Assembly: GCA_028534125.1 (NCBI GenBank)
Contig: CM052817.1
Coordinates: forward strand, 63,118,001-63,182,000
DNA from: Lama glama
Lineage: Eukaryota
Reading direction: 5' to 3'
DNA length: 64,000 nt
Shown in pieces: positions 22,244-35,063 of this stretch. The stretch's first letter is position 1. Every line of letters starts with the position of its first letter. A program made the translations under genes and the position numbers. The notes under the pieces are model-generated. The model was not told where the DNA came from and searched no databases. It saw nothing but the letters and a program-made list of their open reading frames with translations.

Positions 22244-22882
22244 AGCAGCATTATTTATAATACTCAAGATATGAAAACAACCAAAGTGTCCATCGATAGA
22301 TAAATGAATAAAGAAGTTGTAGTAGATGAATACAATGGATTATTATTCAACCATAGAAAATGAGGAAATCCTACCATTTGCAACAACACGGATGGACCTT
22401 GAAGGCATTATGCAAAGTGAAATAAGTCAGAGAGAGAAAGACAAAGACTATGATTTCATTAATATGTGGAATCTAAGAAAGCAAACAAACTCTAAGAGAA
22501 AGAGATGAGGCTTGTAATTATCAGAGGGAGAGGCTCAGGCACGGGGAATTGGAGAAAGGTGATCAAAAGATATAAACTTTCAGTTTTAAGATGAATAAGT
22601 ACTAAGGATATAACGGATAATATGATAAGCATAGCTAACATTTCTCTATGATATGTAGGAAAGTTGTTAAAAAAATAGATCCTCAGATAAGCTAAGTAAG
22701 CCCAAGGGAAAAAAATTTTTCCTCTTTTCTTTCTTTTCTTTTGATTTTCCTGTATGAGAAGATAGATGTTAGCTGAAACTATCATGGTAATCATATCACA
22801 AAATGTAAATCAAACTGTCCTATTGTATGTCTTAAACTTTTACAGTTATGTGTGTCAATTATTTCTCAATAAAACTGAAAAA
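22244..22882 (+). mobile_element. L1 3' end (ORF2 terminus + 3' UTR; L1MA9/laurasiatherian type)
   Basis: ORF 22326-22508 (EILPFATTRMDLEGIMQSEISQREKDK) is the L1 ORF2 C-terminus. The element ends tcaattatttctcaataaaactgaaaaaa. Confidence 0.9.
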
Positions 22883-22970
22883 ATGTAAATTGAAACATAT
22901 TAGCCGAAGTATAAAAACTAGTATTTTCATATGTTTCTACTTATGTCACCATATCCCTATTTCCCTCTTC

Positions 22971-23080
22971 ATTTTATGTAAATTGACATATAATTTATAT
23001 ATGATAAAATAAACCAATCTCAAATGTACAGTTCAATGATTTTGCCTTTTCTAGAATTTATATAAATGGAGTCATACAAT
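22971..23080 (-). mobile_element. Old L1 3'-UTR fragment, internally deleted
   Basis: aattgacatataattt...aaatgtacagttcaatga is fused to ttgccttttctagaatttatataaatggagtcataca. Confidence 0.55.
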
Positions 23081-23240
23081 AAAAAAAAATCAAAGGAACA
23101 GGGACAATTTTAAGCCCTCTTTCATTTTATGTGAGATGCATCAGGATAAACCCAAGTTAATATATACAATATATGTAGAAACATTAGCATAAAATGTACA
23201 TCAGTCGATGTGTTATAGACTTCCCTGATCATCCGAATTG

Positions 23241-23487
23241 TAATAGCTAATATTTATTGAGAATTTACTAACTTTCCTCCTTGTCACTGTTTTAAGAAAT
23301 TGACATAAATTCTGCATATTATTTTTTCACTCTCAAACGACTCTGTGAAGCAAATATTATGTTACCACTTTATGGATGAGAAATGAGATTCAAGGAAATG
23401 AGGTAATTTGCACAATATCAGAAAAGTTAGAAGTAGGGGAACCAGAACCTAAGCAGACTTCAGAGCATAGGCTGTTAGTCACTACAA
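23241..23487 (-). mobile_element. Near full-length MIR
   Basis: taatagctaatatttattgag...ggatgagaaatgagattc...aggtaatttgcacaatatc...cagacttcagagc...ttagtcactaca. Confidence 0.75.
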
Positions 23488-23544
23488 AATGTTGCTTTTA
23501 TAAAGTCACTTATGTTGTCCCCATTTTACTCAGAGAACCCTCCT

Positions 23545-23740
23545 CTTACCATTCATAACATTCATCAGAATTTATAAATATGAATCTAATTATTCTTCTA
23601 TTGATTTAGTATCTGTCTTGCCCTGTGGTCTCTAACTCCTAGTAGACTGGGCCATGTCTGTAAATGTAGTTACTGGCACTGAGAAAAATCATCATAAAGA
23701 TGTACTAACTATGTGAATGAATGAATGAATGAATGAATAA
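23545..23740 (+). mobile_element. L2 3' end with (TGAA)n tail
   Basis: atctgtcttgccc...ctcctagtagactgggccatgtctg...tgaatgaatgaatgaatgaatgaat. Confidence 0.6.
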
Positions 23741-26700
23741 AGGGATAGATGAACAAATGCAGAAAAATCACTTAAAATTGCCTTGCCTGATATTATCACC
23801 ATTTTTCGATCAAAATAATTGCAAGCAAAACTTAGTTTTGATACCAAGTTAACTTAGGAAACTCTGGTCACTTGACAGTCACTTTAGGGCATGCATTTAA
23901 AGGGATTTCATAGCACCCATCAATGGCTCTCTGTACTAATCAACCTCAGCTCTGTTTCACTGTCTGAATAGAGTTGACTACCTCTTTTATAATCACAAGG
24001 TAAAGTTCTCATATTTTCCACTAAATGCATACTGCTTCTATAGCTGTTCAAGCTGCACCACCCATACCTCTTACCTCTTACCCCTTGCAGGTAACCCCCT
24101 AAATTACACATTTACAATGATTCAGCTTCTCAGTCCATATGAAAAACACTATTAAGAAGTATCGGTCTCAGTATGAAAAAAAAATTGTATGTTATAAACT
24201 CATAAAAGCTATGAAGAGAATTTGGTGATGAGGTTTAAAAATAGTAAAAAGTTGGCAAAAGCATAAGAAAGTAACTAGAAAGATATGAGAAAAAGATAAG
24301 ACCTTGGAGGTGTCAAAGGAAATTCTCCTTATGATCTACTTAAGCTAGTCAGTGACATTCTTCCCATTATTACCAATTCTCCAAACCCTCATTTTCATGA
24401 TTTTTTTTAAATCTGAGGGCATCCTTTGTCCCTTGTTAGACTGTGAGCACCTTAATATTAACGGAACGAACAATCTTCTATATATGTATGGAGGCTTAAA
24501 TGCTGGGTAAGTGGTCAAGTTTCATGGGAAAAGGAGAGCCCATACATGAGACAAAGTGTTTAGCATGAAGAGTGTGGGATGCCTGAGCAGCAACCAGGGA
24601 GAGAGGGTTTACAAGGACAGGGGATTAGGGTTGTGGTGAAGGGGCTGTGTGGATAAGAGAAAGAGGAAGTTATTCTAAGCACTCCTGAGAGTGAAAAAGA
24701 TTTAGGGAGATGAAGACATGCCTAACACAAATTTTAGAAATATTTTGTATGATTTATTTGCATTCAACTTTTAAGACATTTTTAATAATATCTAAATTAT
24801 TCCCTGAGATCTCTGAGTTCAGGCTGTTTTTTCTTTACCTGTGACTGCAGAGTGTGGGCCGTGAAGAGGTGGGGAGCTCTGTGTGACCTACACTCAGTTC
24901 TGTTCCTACACTTTACGTAGAGCAGTTCTTTGAAAATTGCTTTTTGACTTAACACATTACTCGAAAGTAAAGAGAAGAAAGAAAGAAAACCTGAATATAA
25001 AATAATAAGGTCTGATTTTTCTTAGGAAAAACAGAGACATCTACATCCCTTATTTGCGCTTTTATGTAGACTATTTCAGACACACACACACACAAACTGC
25101 ATTGCATTCCAGACTCCAATGCTTAGCAGATAGATAGTCAATAAATACACAAAATACACAAAATAAAAGATGATCAATAAAAAAAGAACATATTATTTCA
25201 TTTAAAACACAAAAGACTTACAAGAAGGGAAAAATAAGAACTTTCTATCAGCACCAGTTAATAGCAAAACAGAATTTTAAAAGTTGAGGCCCTCACTGGG
25301 ATAACATTCAAACCTACATCACCTAGATGACCCACACCAGTAATAGCAACTTTCCCTTCGCATCCTTCCATGATGTAGTAGCTGATATAATAAACTTGAA
25401 AATTACATATATTTATGTGTATATATATATATATATAGCTATTTGTTTGCATTCTAGTATGAACTGATACAGACTCACAGATTTGTCTCTTTCATTTTGG
25501 GGGGAAGGAGTAGGGTTTACCAAATTACAGTAATCATAATAAAGATGTGGCTGAGTCCCCAAGAACTCTCAATCTGAGACCAGACTTGTCCCTTTAAAGC
25601 CTTGTGACCTATTACGAAGTTCCAACATTTCTGGAAGGTTTGTTAAATGGAAGTTGATATGCATTGCTGCCAATATCCATCACCTCCTTGCAAGTCAACA
25701 AGGCCTCTCTTAGCTGAAAAATGACCAAAACCCATTTATTAGTCAATATATTGAATTATTATTTTCTCATCTTTGGAAATTGCCTTGGATCATTTAATTA
25801 TTCTATAGATCAAAATATAGCAAACTATGACCCACAGACTGAGTTTTAAGTTTTAAAAATATGTTTATAAAACCATTTGGACAGCAAACACCTCAAAAGT
25901 GGAGACTCTAATATCTAATTTGTTTATACCTAACACTAATATAGTACTATGACTATTGAGGGATTCTAAAATGATGTGTATGTGTGTGTATATTCCCAAA
26001 TTTGAATTAAATTATTTTCCTAGCTGAGAAACTTAGCTTTCAGAGCACAGAAATAGCTCATCTGTTAGGTTCAGGCATGATCATCAGTGTGTAGTTACAC
26101 TGAAAGCTCAGGGACAGAAAGACTCTTGAAATCCAGAATCATTAGGACTAATGTCTGTTTTTTTCTCTCATAGTTCCTTTTTTCAAATTCTGTGTATGCC
26201 ATTCATTCTTTTACTTAACATACATTCTTAAGGCCCTACTGGATATCAAATATTGCCAGCCCTCCATAGCAAGTGCAAGTATGATGGAGAAGAGAAATGT
26301 AAATGCATGATGCAACGGAGATAGCTACAGGATGGTATTTAAATCAAAGAGGATAGTAAAATGACGAGCACTGCTTCAAGGAACAGACATAACACTTGAG
26401 TTATGTTTTGAGACTAGGCAGAGAAGGGCATTACCATGGAGAAAAAAGAAAACATGATTGTTCCAAGACAACAAAGTGGCATGAAATTCTTCAGGACATG
26501 GGTTGCTTCTAACTCACTAATAGAAAATAAAGCAGATGAGTGTTGCTTTCCCTACTTCAAGCTTATTTCAAAAATCCTTAGAACTGGGGAACAAAGCCTG
26601 AATATTTGAAATTACAAGGGAGTACTTCCTTACATAGAATAATCTAGTGGTACAGACAAAAAATATGAAAAATTTAGTAGTGTGAAATAGCATTTGAAAT

Positions 26701-26827
26701 TTCATGTTATGAGATGTTTAAAAGAGAGAGAGAGAGATTACGGGTAGGGTAGGACTTTGATGATGGGTGGGGTTAAGGCACAGGATAAGAAGTCTGGAAG
26801 TATGATGTCAGTGGAATATGTCCAAGC

Positions 26828-26979
26828 TGGGCTACCAGGTTGCAGAGTTCTACAGCACAAATGTCTAATTGAAATTCTCCTGTAGGGAGAACTATTTGCA
26901 TAGACTAAAATGTGAGTATGTCATTCCCACTTTACCTCCTGGATTTGTTCAACTCAGCAACACCAGATAGCCCACCCTG
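26828..26979. mobile_element. MER91-like hAT-Tip100 MITE
   Basis: Central tttgcatagactaaaatgtgagt flanked by degenerate inverted arms (tagggagaac... / ...cctcctggatttgttcaac), ending ccctg. Confidence 0.55.
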
Positions 26980-28281
26980 AATATCCTCTGAAAGCCCAAC
27001 CAAAGAATTTGCAATTTAGAGCACCAAAGCTTATTGAAGGCCTAAAGAGTCAATTCTTTCTTTGGGTTTGAGATCAGGCCACCTTAACACTGAATCTCAA
27101 GAGTACTAAAGGTCATTAGCTTTCCATGCCTTGCTTTTGCTGATCCAGCACTTAGAATTTTCATTTCCATTTTGAAACCAATAAATCAGCATATCTTGCT
27201 GGAGGAGTTTTAACCTCTTAAGATGCAATCAAACTGCTCAGTAAGAATGACTCCTGAAAATTGATCTGCACATTGCTAAGAATGGAAGAGAACTTTCATG
27301 TTTCTGAGGAGTATATACTCTGATTTATAAGACAATACTAGCTGGATCCTGAAAGACTGAGTAATGTTGTTGTAATTAGAAAAATCTCAGATTATCTATA
27401 CCAAATAGAAAAGAAAGCTGTCCATCAGTGATACTGGCTGATTGTACTTAGTTAGACAACCACTATAATCAGTGTGTTTGCTGATATGTTGTTTTGTAAT
27501 TATCTTCATGTCAGCTTGAATGTTTACTGTCTTTGATCACTGTTAAGAACCATAACATAAAATATATCTTTCAATTCTGAAGTACCTCTCTTGGTGCTTT
27601 ATATAACATAACCTTGAAAGTTGTTTTGAGTTGGGTTTTTTTTGGCCAAAAACTTTTCATTTTTTTTCCTGATTTTCCTGGTGTGACCCATTTATCAATA
27701 AATGATTTTTACCAAAGTAGGTCTTTGACTGAAACAATCTGATTTTTAATATATTAATTTTCTCATTCAATACATATTTTAAGGCCGTAGCTTTACAATG
27801 TGTTGCTTCTTGGTTTTCTTCATACCAATCCTGTCTTATTTCCTTGGTCAGGGCTGGCTCAGCCTCACAAGAGAATCCTAAAATGATCATTTATCTCATT
27901 GCTTGAACATTGGGAGGGAGTTGAGAAATGACCACCTCTCTTGGGACTCTACCTCCTTCTCTAATGAAGCAATATCCACTTAATTAATTTAATCAGACTA
28001 TCACAAAGATTAGCGAGGTTAACATGTCCCAAGTGTCCTGTGTTATTTAGAAAAAGGTATTATGTATACAGAAGTAACAGCATGATGTTATCTGTGCATT
28101 ATTCCCTCAGCCCTGAAACTGGCTGACTGGTTTTTAGCTTCGATGCTCAGAATCAAGTGAGCATCATGTTCATGTGAATCAGCAACCACTAGATATCACG
28201 AAGTAATATCTGAAACTTACGAATATGACAAATCAGTCTGCTACTGGGAGTATCAGAATAGCATCATTTTTTTTATTGCAG

Positions 28282-28433
28282 AGTTTAGCACTAATTTCTT
28301 CCCTTTTCAACTGCTGAGTGTCATGTTAAATGTAATCTGTGCATGTTTTGCTAAACTATTGAGGCAGGTAGCATAGTTTCTGTCTTCCTATGGAAAGGAA
28401 TGCAAGCCTGTCCCTTGTAAGCGAGGTAATCAG
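28282..28433 (+). other. Candidate exon (152 nt; 5'UTR/first-coding or lncRNA)
   Basis: Acceptor ttttttttattgcag (AG 28280-28281) and perfect donor CAG|gtaagt at 28433/28434, in sequence where I recognise no repeat. Confidence 0.3.
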
Positions 28434-29132
28434 GTAAGTATAATGGAGCAATCTTTGCCTGTAAAGTTTTGTATTGTTATGAATAGAAAATAATAATAGA
28501 GTTTTGTTATTGTTGTCATCACCAACTCATTTTCTGTTTAAAAGGCAATGACTGCTAAAATATAAATGGGAAAAGGGAATAGAAAAACGAAAGGAGTCAT
28601 TAAAAGAGGGTTGTGAGTAAGTCTAGTAAGACAGCTGCAATGCATTAAATTGTAGTTTAATTATTTCAGAGTTTTTCTCAGAATACTTAAGGGAGAATTG
28701 CTGGTATATTGGAGAGGAAAGGCCAAACTGCGCAATGCATTTTGAATGAAAGTATTCTAAGCTTCTCTGCCTCCATTATTTTTCCATGTGCTTTCAGTAG
28801 CCCACAGGAAAAGGAAAGAAAAGAGTAGAAACCACCCCCATCCCCATGCCCCAGATCTTGGTTGCAAAAGCCTCAAGACCATGCTGTCCCTTTGAGTCTG
28901 CTCTGTAATTACAACATGGGTTTTTTATGGAAGGATACATGAAAAAGTCTGAAGAATAATCTTCTAGTATCACTTTGCCCAGAAGTTGTTTTCATTTCAT
29001 CAGAAACCACATAAATTCCTTCTTGGTCCCTCAAGAATTGCAAAAGTTAAAGCTGATATAAGGGGAAACTTCACTCTTTTTCACATTTATGAACTTCTGA
29101 AAGTGAAGAGCCTATATGCAGAAAGAGAAATA

Positions 29133-29316
29133 TCAGCATTGGGAAGGGGGCCAGCTCTAACCAGTTCCCACAAGTCGGTTGTTAAATGTGCTGGTGTTTA
29201 ATAAGCCAATTGTTAAACTACTGGTAGCTTCAAACTGGGCATGGCAGGAGTATTTACATCCTGGAAACTGGTAAGTACAACACATCAGCCCTGCTGTTTA
29301 CCAGCATTCCAGACTG
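29133..29316 (+). mobile_element. MER63A-like hAT MITE
   Basis: gtcggttgttaaat...gccaattgttaaactactggtagcttcaaactgggcatggcaggagtatttacatc...gtttaccagca follows MER63A. Confidence 0.8.
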
Positions 29317-29885
29317 TTGGAAGAAGAGGCAGCTAGGATAATAGTGATGGTCACCTTGACCTTACGTAGTTAGTAAAGACATTCTCGGGTAAGAGGATTA
29401 GTGTGGAGGGCTCTGTTAGTCTTGAGACAATCATCATAGAAACTTTCAGAAAGACAATGAATAACAGGATGGTACTGCAGAAGATAATGCAAGAAAAAAA
29501 GGTATAGAAGTTGTTCAAAAATGGTCACTAACCACCCATGACAGATACCTATCCCTACATAGGAAACTTTGCCTTTAAATACCACCATGCTTCATTGTCT
29601 GTTTTAATTAAATCCCACACAAAATTGCATATAATTTAACCAAGTTTTCTCTCTCCCTACACTCATCCCCAAGTAATTCTCTTAGTGGTGTTCTAAAGCT
29701 CAAATTTCACACACACAAAAAATCCTTTTAGGTTTTGTTAAATCAAAATCAACCTGAATTTTCTTGAGGTCATTGTTTCAGGCATTTGCAGACAGTAGTC
29801 TAGACGGGTAACTGAAGAAATTTACTTTTGTGTTTATGCGTGAATGGACAGCTGCAAGAGAAATAACCAATATAGATTTGAAACT

Positions 29886-30153
29886 ACAGTTAACGCTTAT
29901 ACACTGCTTACTGTATATTACATGTATTAAACACTTAATGCTCATATGAACCTGTGATGTAACTACTCCATTTTACAAATGCAAAGCAAAAACAAACAAG
30001 AAAAGAAAACCTGAGTCACAGAGAATTGAATTACCTTGCCTACGTCATAGCAGTTAAGTCTGGAGCATGGTTTTAAATCTAGAAGGTCTGGCTCCCAAGC
30101 TAAGAGCTTAACCATTACACCAATGCCAAGAGCTTAACCATTGTGCCAGTGCT
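29886..30153 (-). mobile_element. MIR with duplicated 26-bp head
   Basis: ccattttacaaatg...ctgagtcacagagaattgaattaccttgcc...ggtctggctcccaagc; aagagcttaaccatt occurs at 30102 and 30128. Confidence 0.75.
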
Positions 30154-31439
30154 CTTCATGGAACCATGATGTTTGTGGCATTAAGAAGAGCTACTGGCTA
30201 CGACTGTTCCAATTTGGTTGCTCCATTTACTAGAATACAATGTGCATTATATTTTCTCTTTCTTTTTTATAAAGAATGTTAGCTTATATGCAAAAATTTT
30301 GACATATTTATTAATTGCTGTGATTACTATAATCATTTGTATAAATGTTTATCTACTTCAGTATGATTTAATAAACAATGAAGACTTTACTAGAAACTAC
30401 ACATTCTACTGAGAACTATGAAAAAATAAAAAAGCAAGATGAACAGTAACATGATATCTGCACCAGACATTATTACAATAGAAGCTGAGGAGTGATGCTT
30501 ATACACCTGGGACATTGAAGACTGGACAAGGTAGTATAAAATAAGGCACTTCCTCTAGGAAGGTTCATGTAAGAGACAATATTAAATCTATATGCAATCC
30601 ATAAAGATTTTTATAGAAAAAACATGACAAAATAATTAGACTTTAGCAAAATAAATGCAAAATAAACTGTCACTTTGATAAGTAAAGGTGAATAAAACAA
30701 AAGATTTTCAAAAAAAAATGATACTATGGGAAAAAGAAAAAATTGAAACTAGATAAGAAATGAAGGAAAAATTACAAAGAATCCTGAAAACTTGAGAAAG
30801 AAAACTGTATAGCTCTAGGTAACTGGATTAACAGCACTGATAACTCTCAAAGCAGATGAACAAAGAAGTACAGTTCATATTCAGTGAAAAAGAATATTTT
30901 AAAATAATACTAATGAAAACATATATTTGAACACTAGATTTCCTTTAATGATTGCTTTGGCTGAATTTAACTTCCATTTAAATTAAAACAAAATTGTTGA
31001 ATTTAAAGGATTGTAAAATCAGTTATTCATTAATGTCCATGTTAATGGAATGACTGAGGAGCTACAAGGCATATGAAAATAGAAGAGAGAAATAAAGACC
31101 CACGGGGTAATTTTGAAGAAGACATTAACTCAGAAAATAAATAATGGAATTGACATGCAGCAAAGTATTTCCCAATAAACAAAAAAAACTGATCCATTAT
31201 TCCTTCAAGGCCTAGAAGTATACACAGGAGAGTAAGGTCAGAAAAGCATGTGTGGGGACAGAAATTTTAGAGGAATCAAGCAACTTTCATGGTAAGATTG
31301 GATGCTTTTTGATCTCATAAGGGCATTTACTGACAAACTGGTAACAGAAAGTAATGATGAAATCTTGAGGCCTAGTCTCAAATTGACTTTTATTTATTTT
31401 GAGTCATAAGTATATAGTGATAAGGCTAATGGCATAAGT

Positions 31440-31793
31440 ATTGGTTAGAGTAAGAAACTCTTAATGCAACAGATAAATCCTGGAATTTCATAGGCTTAAC
31501 AGGTAAAATTTATGTCTCACATGTGCAAAGTCTAACATAGATCAATCCAGCCTCCTCTACCTTGTACTGTAGTCACATACCTGTAACATTCAGCCTCCAG
31601 GGTCACCACAGCAGGGAAGGTGTGACCTATGCAGAATTTTTTAAAAGTTCAGGCCAAGAAATAGCACACACTGTAACTGTCCATATCCCATTGGCTAAAA
31701 CAATGACACAACCTAACAGCAAAGAAATACAGTCTTTCCATGTGTCCAGGAAGAGAATATAGTAAAGTAGCAAATAGCATTGTTTCTGCCAAT
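31440..31793 (-). mobile_element. Old MLT1 (MLT1J/K-like) LTR
   Basis: ggcttaacaggtaaaatttatgtctcaca...ggccaagaaatagcacac...catatcccattggctaaaac...cctaacagcaaag...tgtgtccaggaagag. Confidence 0.7.
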
Positions 31794-32574
31794 ATAAATT
31801 ATCAGGATATAAGAAACAATAAACATACATATGCTTGGAACATGTTCTGCTTTTTACTACTCATGACTGGGTGAGAAGGCCAAGCAATGGGATAAAGTAG
31901 AAAATTATTCACAAGTGTCTTCACTGTGAAACTAAAAGATCTGTGAACAAAGCAGTGTCTGAACAACACACGATGAGCTAGACAGTCTTAGAGAGAGGAG
32001 AGCGCTAACTAGTCAAACAAAAAATGTGGCTTATCAAACATCCATCATTAGTAAGAATTTATATGTTTAGTCTCTATATATATACATACTGTTCTGAAAC
32101 ATTTTTAGTCTCTGTGTCCCTGTACCATTCTAGATGCACAGTTTGGCCTCTTGAGATTTACCAAGGAGTCATGCAAAGAAGGATTACCTGATAATTTCAT
32201 GGAGAAATGTACACCACAAGGAATAATTCAATATCCTCCTTGGGATGCTTCAAAATTTGTCTCCAATCTGCACTCAGTTTTGCTAACTACTGTTTACTTC
32301 TAGAACCTACTTCTCCCAATAATACATGTTTATTACACAAAGAAATTTATCTTTGGGACAATGTACTTATAAATTTGAATACTCATGGTCATCACTTCTC
32401 CTAGGAAAAAAATAAAAGTCTGGTGAAATTATCAAGTCCCTCACCCCTCACTCTTTAGAAGGAAGAGAAATACTAAGTCAGCATGTAAATACATTTTTCT
32501 GTTTTACTGAAAGGGAGAGAAGGAAGGAGGAAGGAAAGGAGAGGCAGTGGGAAGAAAACTGGCTGACTCAGAAG

Positions 32575-32940
32575 ATCAGATAACTCTATCCCCTACAATA
32601 ACTGGATCAAGGATGGACACATCCAAACAGGCTAACTAGAGTTATGCCTGGAATTTTTCTGAAACTGTCAAGAAACACATAATCTCTCCTGGTTTTCCAA
32701 GTTGTGATAATATATTAGACAGTAGATAGAGAGGGCCCTTGTTCTACGATATATAGAAAAAGAATACATCTAATAAAAGCAGATGAAATAGCTGAGAGAT
32801 GGAAAAATAAAGAGGGAAAGGAGGAGGGAGGGAGAAAGAAAGGGAGAGAGACAGAGGCACCTGAATCCTGTATTTTTCAAGACTGAAGCCATTTCTAAAC
32901 TTTTCAGTTACTGAGCTAAAAAGTTCCTACACTATGCTAC
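32575..32940 (+). mobile_element. Old MLT1 (MLT1K/L-like) LTR
   Basis: actggatcaaggatggacac...gctgagagatgg...cacctgaatcc...ttttcagttactgagctaaaaagttcc. Confidence 0.6.
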
Positions 32941-33149
32941 TTCCACAATTCACATAAAGGATTGTTTATATATATATATATATATATAATATAATATATG
33001 CATATCTGTTTAAGAATAAAACCATCTATGTTTAGTAGATATATACATAAGTAGAAATAGTGAATATCAGTAACTACAAAATTTTAAACAGCAATATTTT
33101 AAAATTTTTATGTCAGTTAGTACCTAAAAGGTTTTATATTTATACAGTC

Positions 33150-33325
33150 ATTTGTCCTTACAAAGTTTTCCCACAGACTAATTTAATCTTAACATAACCG
33201 TACAACAGTTATTATCATCCCACTCCACAAGCAAACTTGAGGCTCAGAAAAGGAAAATGATTTGCTCAAGATCATTTTATAAGAACCTGACAAGAACTCA
33301 AACTAATACCCCCATTTCTACTATG
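33150..33325 (-). mobile_element. MIR fragment
   Basis: atttaatcttaac...attatcatccc...aaacttgaggctcagaaaaggaaaatgatttgctcaagatca. Confidence 0.65.
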
Positions 33326-33452
33326 TGATTACAAAATGTTCATCTTAGAGCCAAAAACTGTAAAGTGTAAATTAAACGCACTCACATATGGTCAAAAAAG
33401 GTTATTTCCACCTCAAAAAAATAATTGTAGGTAAGAATTCATCTTAGTCAGT

Positions 33453-33957
33453 CATCTTGGTTTGAGTTCACCTGAAAGCAGAGCCTGAGATAAGGACCTG
33501 GGTACAGATATTTTATTTGGGAGGTGATCTCAGGGAGCTGGAGAAAAGGAGTACGGGAAGGAGACAAGAGAGAAGAGAAAGACAATAAAGGAGGAATTAT
33601 TGAGCTTCTCATCAGTATGAGCAACTGGAATTCAATCTCACTTGGGAACATTTAATAAACCTTATTGCATGTTTGCAAAACTTTCACCAACAGGAATGGA
33701 ATCCGGAGCTTTTATCCACCAATCCTGAATTTCTACTGTTTGAAGTCACCACACCTCTCCCCTGCATGAGCATTCCCACCAGCTCCTTGATGCCACACCT
33801 GCATGTGGGCATGAGTGTTTGTCTCTGCTGCTTAGAGAAAGACCGGAGGCAGAGTGAGGAAGAGCTCAGCATGCCAGTGAAGAGTCCCTCACAGCTGGAA
33901 CAGGAGTCAGAGGTGGGATAGCAGACCTGGCACAGGGCACCAATAGCATCTGCTACA
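33453..33957 (-). mobile_element. LTR16 (LTR16C-like) ERVL solo LTR
   Basis: Starts tcttggtttgagttcacctgaaagcagagcctgagataagg...ttatttgggaggtgatctcagg and ends gggcaccaatagcatctgctaca (reverse complement TGTAGCAGATGCT...). Confidence 0.85.
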
Positions 33958-34774
33958 GTCGTACCCCAAATAGACTGGCATTACAGTCAATGTGTTACCA
34001 TTAGTCTGAGATTTGGTATAGACTTGGCTAACTTTAGAGAGAAAGCATAATACAAAAGTCTATATCAGCTCTCATAGAAAACAGGTTAACATATTTTTTC
34101 CTCTCATCAATTAAAGTTCAGCACACATCTCTCTAAAACCATTTGCAGTTCTGGAGAGATTCAATTTCCTACTTGAGTGATAAATAGAATTATTCATAAG
34201 CAAAGTATGAAAATGAATAAGAAGATCAAATTATTATATATGGATATAAATATGTTTCATTTTTGTCTTTAATTAGAAGCTCTAACAGCACCACTACAAA
34301 TGGTCATATGTCATAGACTACTTTTAACACATGTATCAGGAGAGCAACTTCTCTGGGGCAGTAGACAAAGATAAATTTATAAATATGTCTCAAAAGAAAC
34401 ACATGGACTTCTTATATTTTTATGGTATTACATATTAAAGATAAAATTGTGCAATGCTAAATTTAAAGTCTGTACAGAAACCAAATTTGTGTAGTTTCAA
34501 AAGTTATTTGAATTATAGAAAATTGTCTTTCTATTTAAAATATCCTGTTTATTTACATCCTTAAAAGCCTTCAAATGTAGCTAGCATTTTAAAATCCTAC
34601 AAAATCTTTAATGAAAATACTTGAAACAAGATTGATTTATGAATCTTTCCTACTAAAGTACAAAAGCCTCACATAGAGATTACAAAGCTAGAAATAAGAA
34701 GATTCAAGGAATTTCCAGTATATTCAGGTATAATAATATCTGTATAGGTATTATTCATAAATATTTTTAAAATT

Positions 34775-35063
34775 TAAATCAGTCTTATTGAGGTATAATT
34801 TACAGTCAATAAAATAGACCCATTTTGAATGTACAGTTTGACAAGTTTTGACAAGTGTATTCCAGTTAACCATAGTCAAGTTCTATCACCTCCAAAAAGT
34901 TCCCTTATATCCTTAAGCAGTCAGCCTCTACCACCACACCACTGCCGGCCCCAGGCAACCACTGTTTTTTATTTTATTTATTTTTTGTCAATGTGTGTTA
35001 CTGTTGCCCAGTGAAAAATTGCATATAATAGAATCATATGTATGATAATATTTTTGGCTTGCT
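34775..35063 (-). mobile_element. Old L1 (L1MB/ME-like) 3' UTR
   Basis: ttattgaggtataatttaca...aatgtacagtttgacaagttttgacaagtgtat...ccccaggcaaccactg. Confidence 0.8.

Noticed and set aside
27826..27877. Possible 52-nt minus-strand exon (ttttag|GATTCTC...GGATTG|gtatga)
   Set aside because: Weak pyrimidine tract and donor, and no recognisable peptide; expected by chance.
30420..30920. A-rich + strand stretch resembling old L1/HAL1 ORF1
   Set aside because: Too degenerate to assign by eye.
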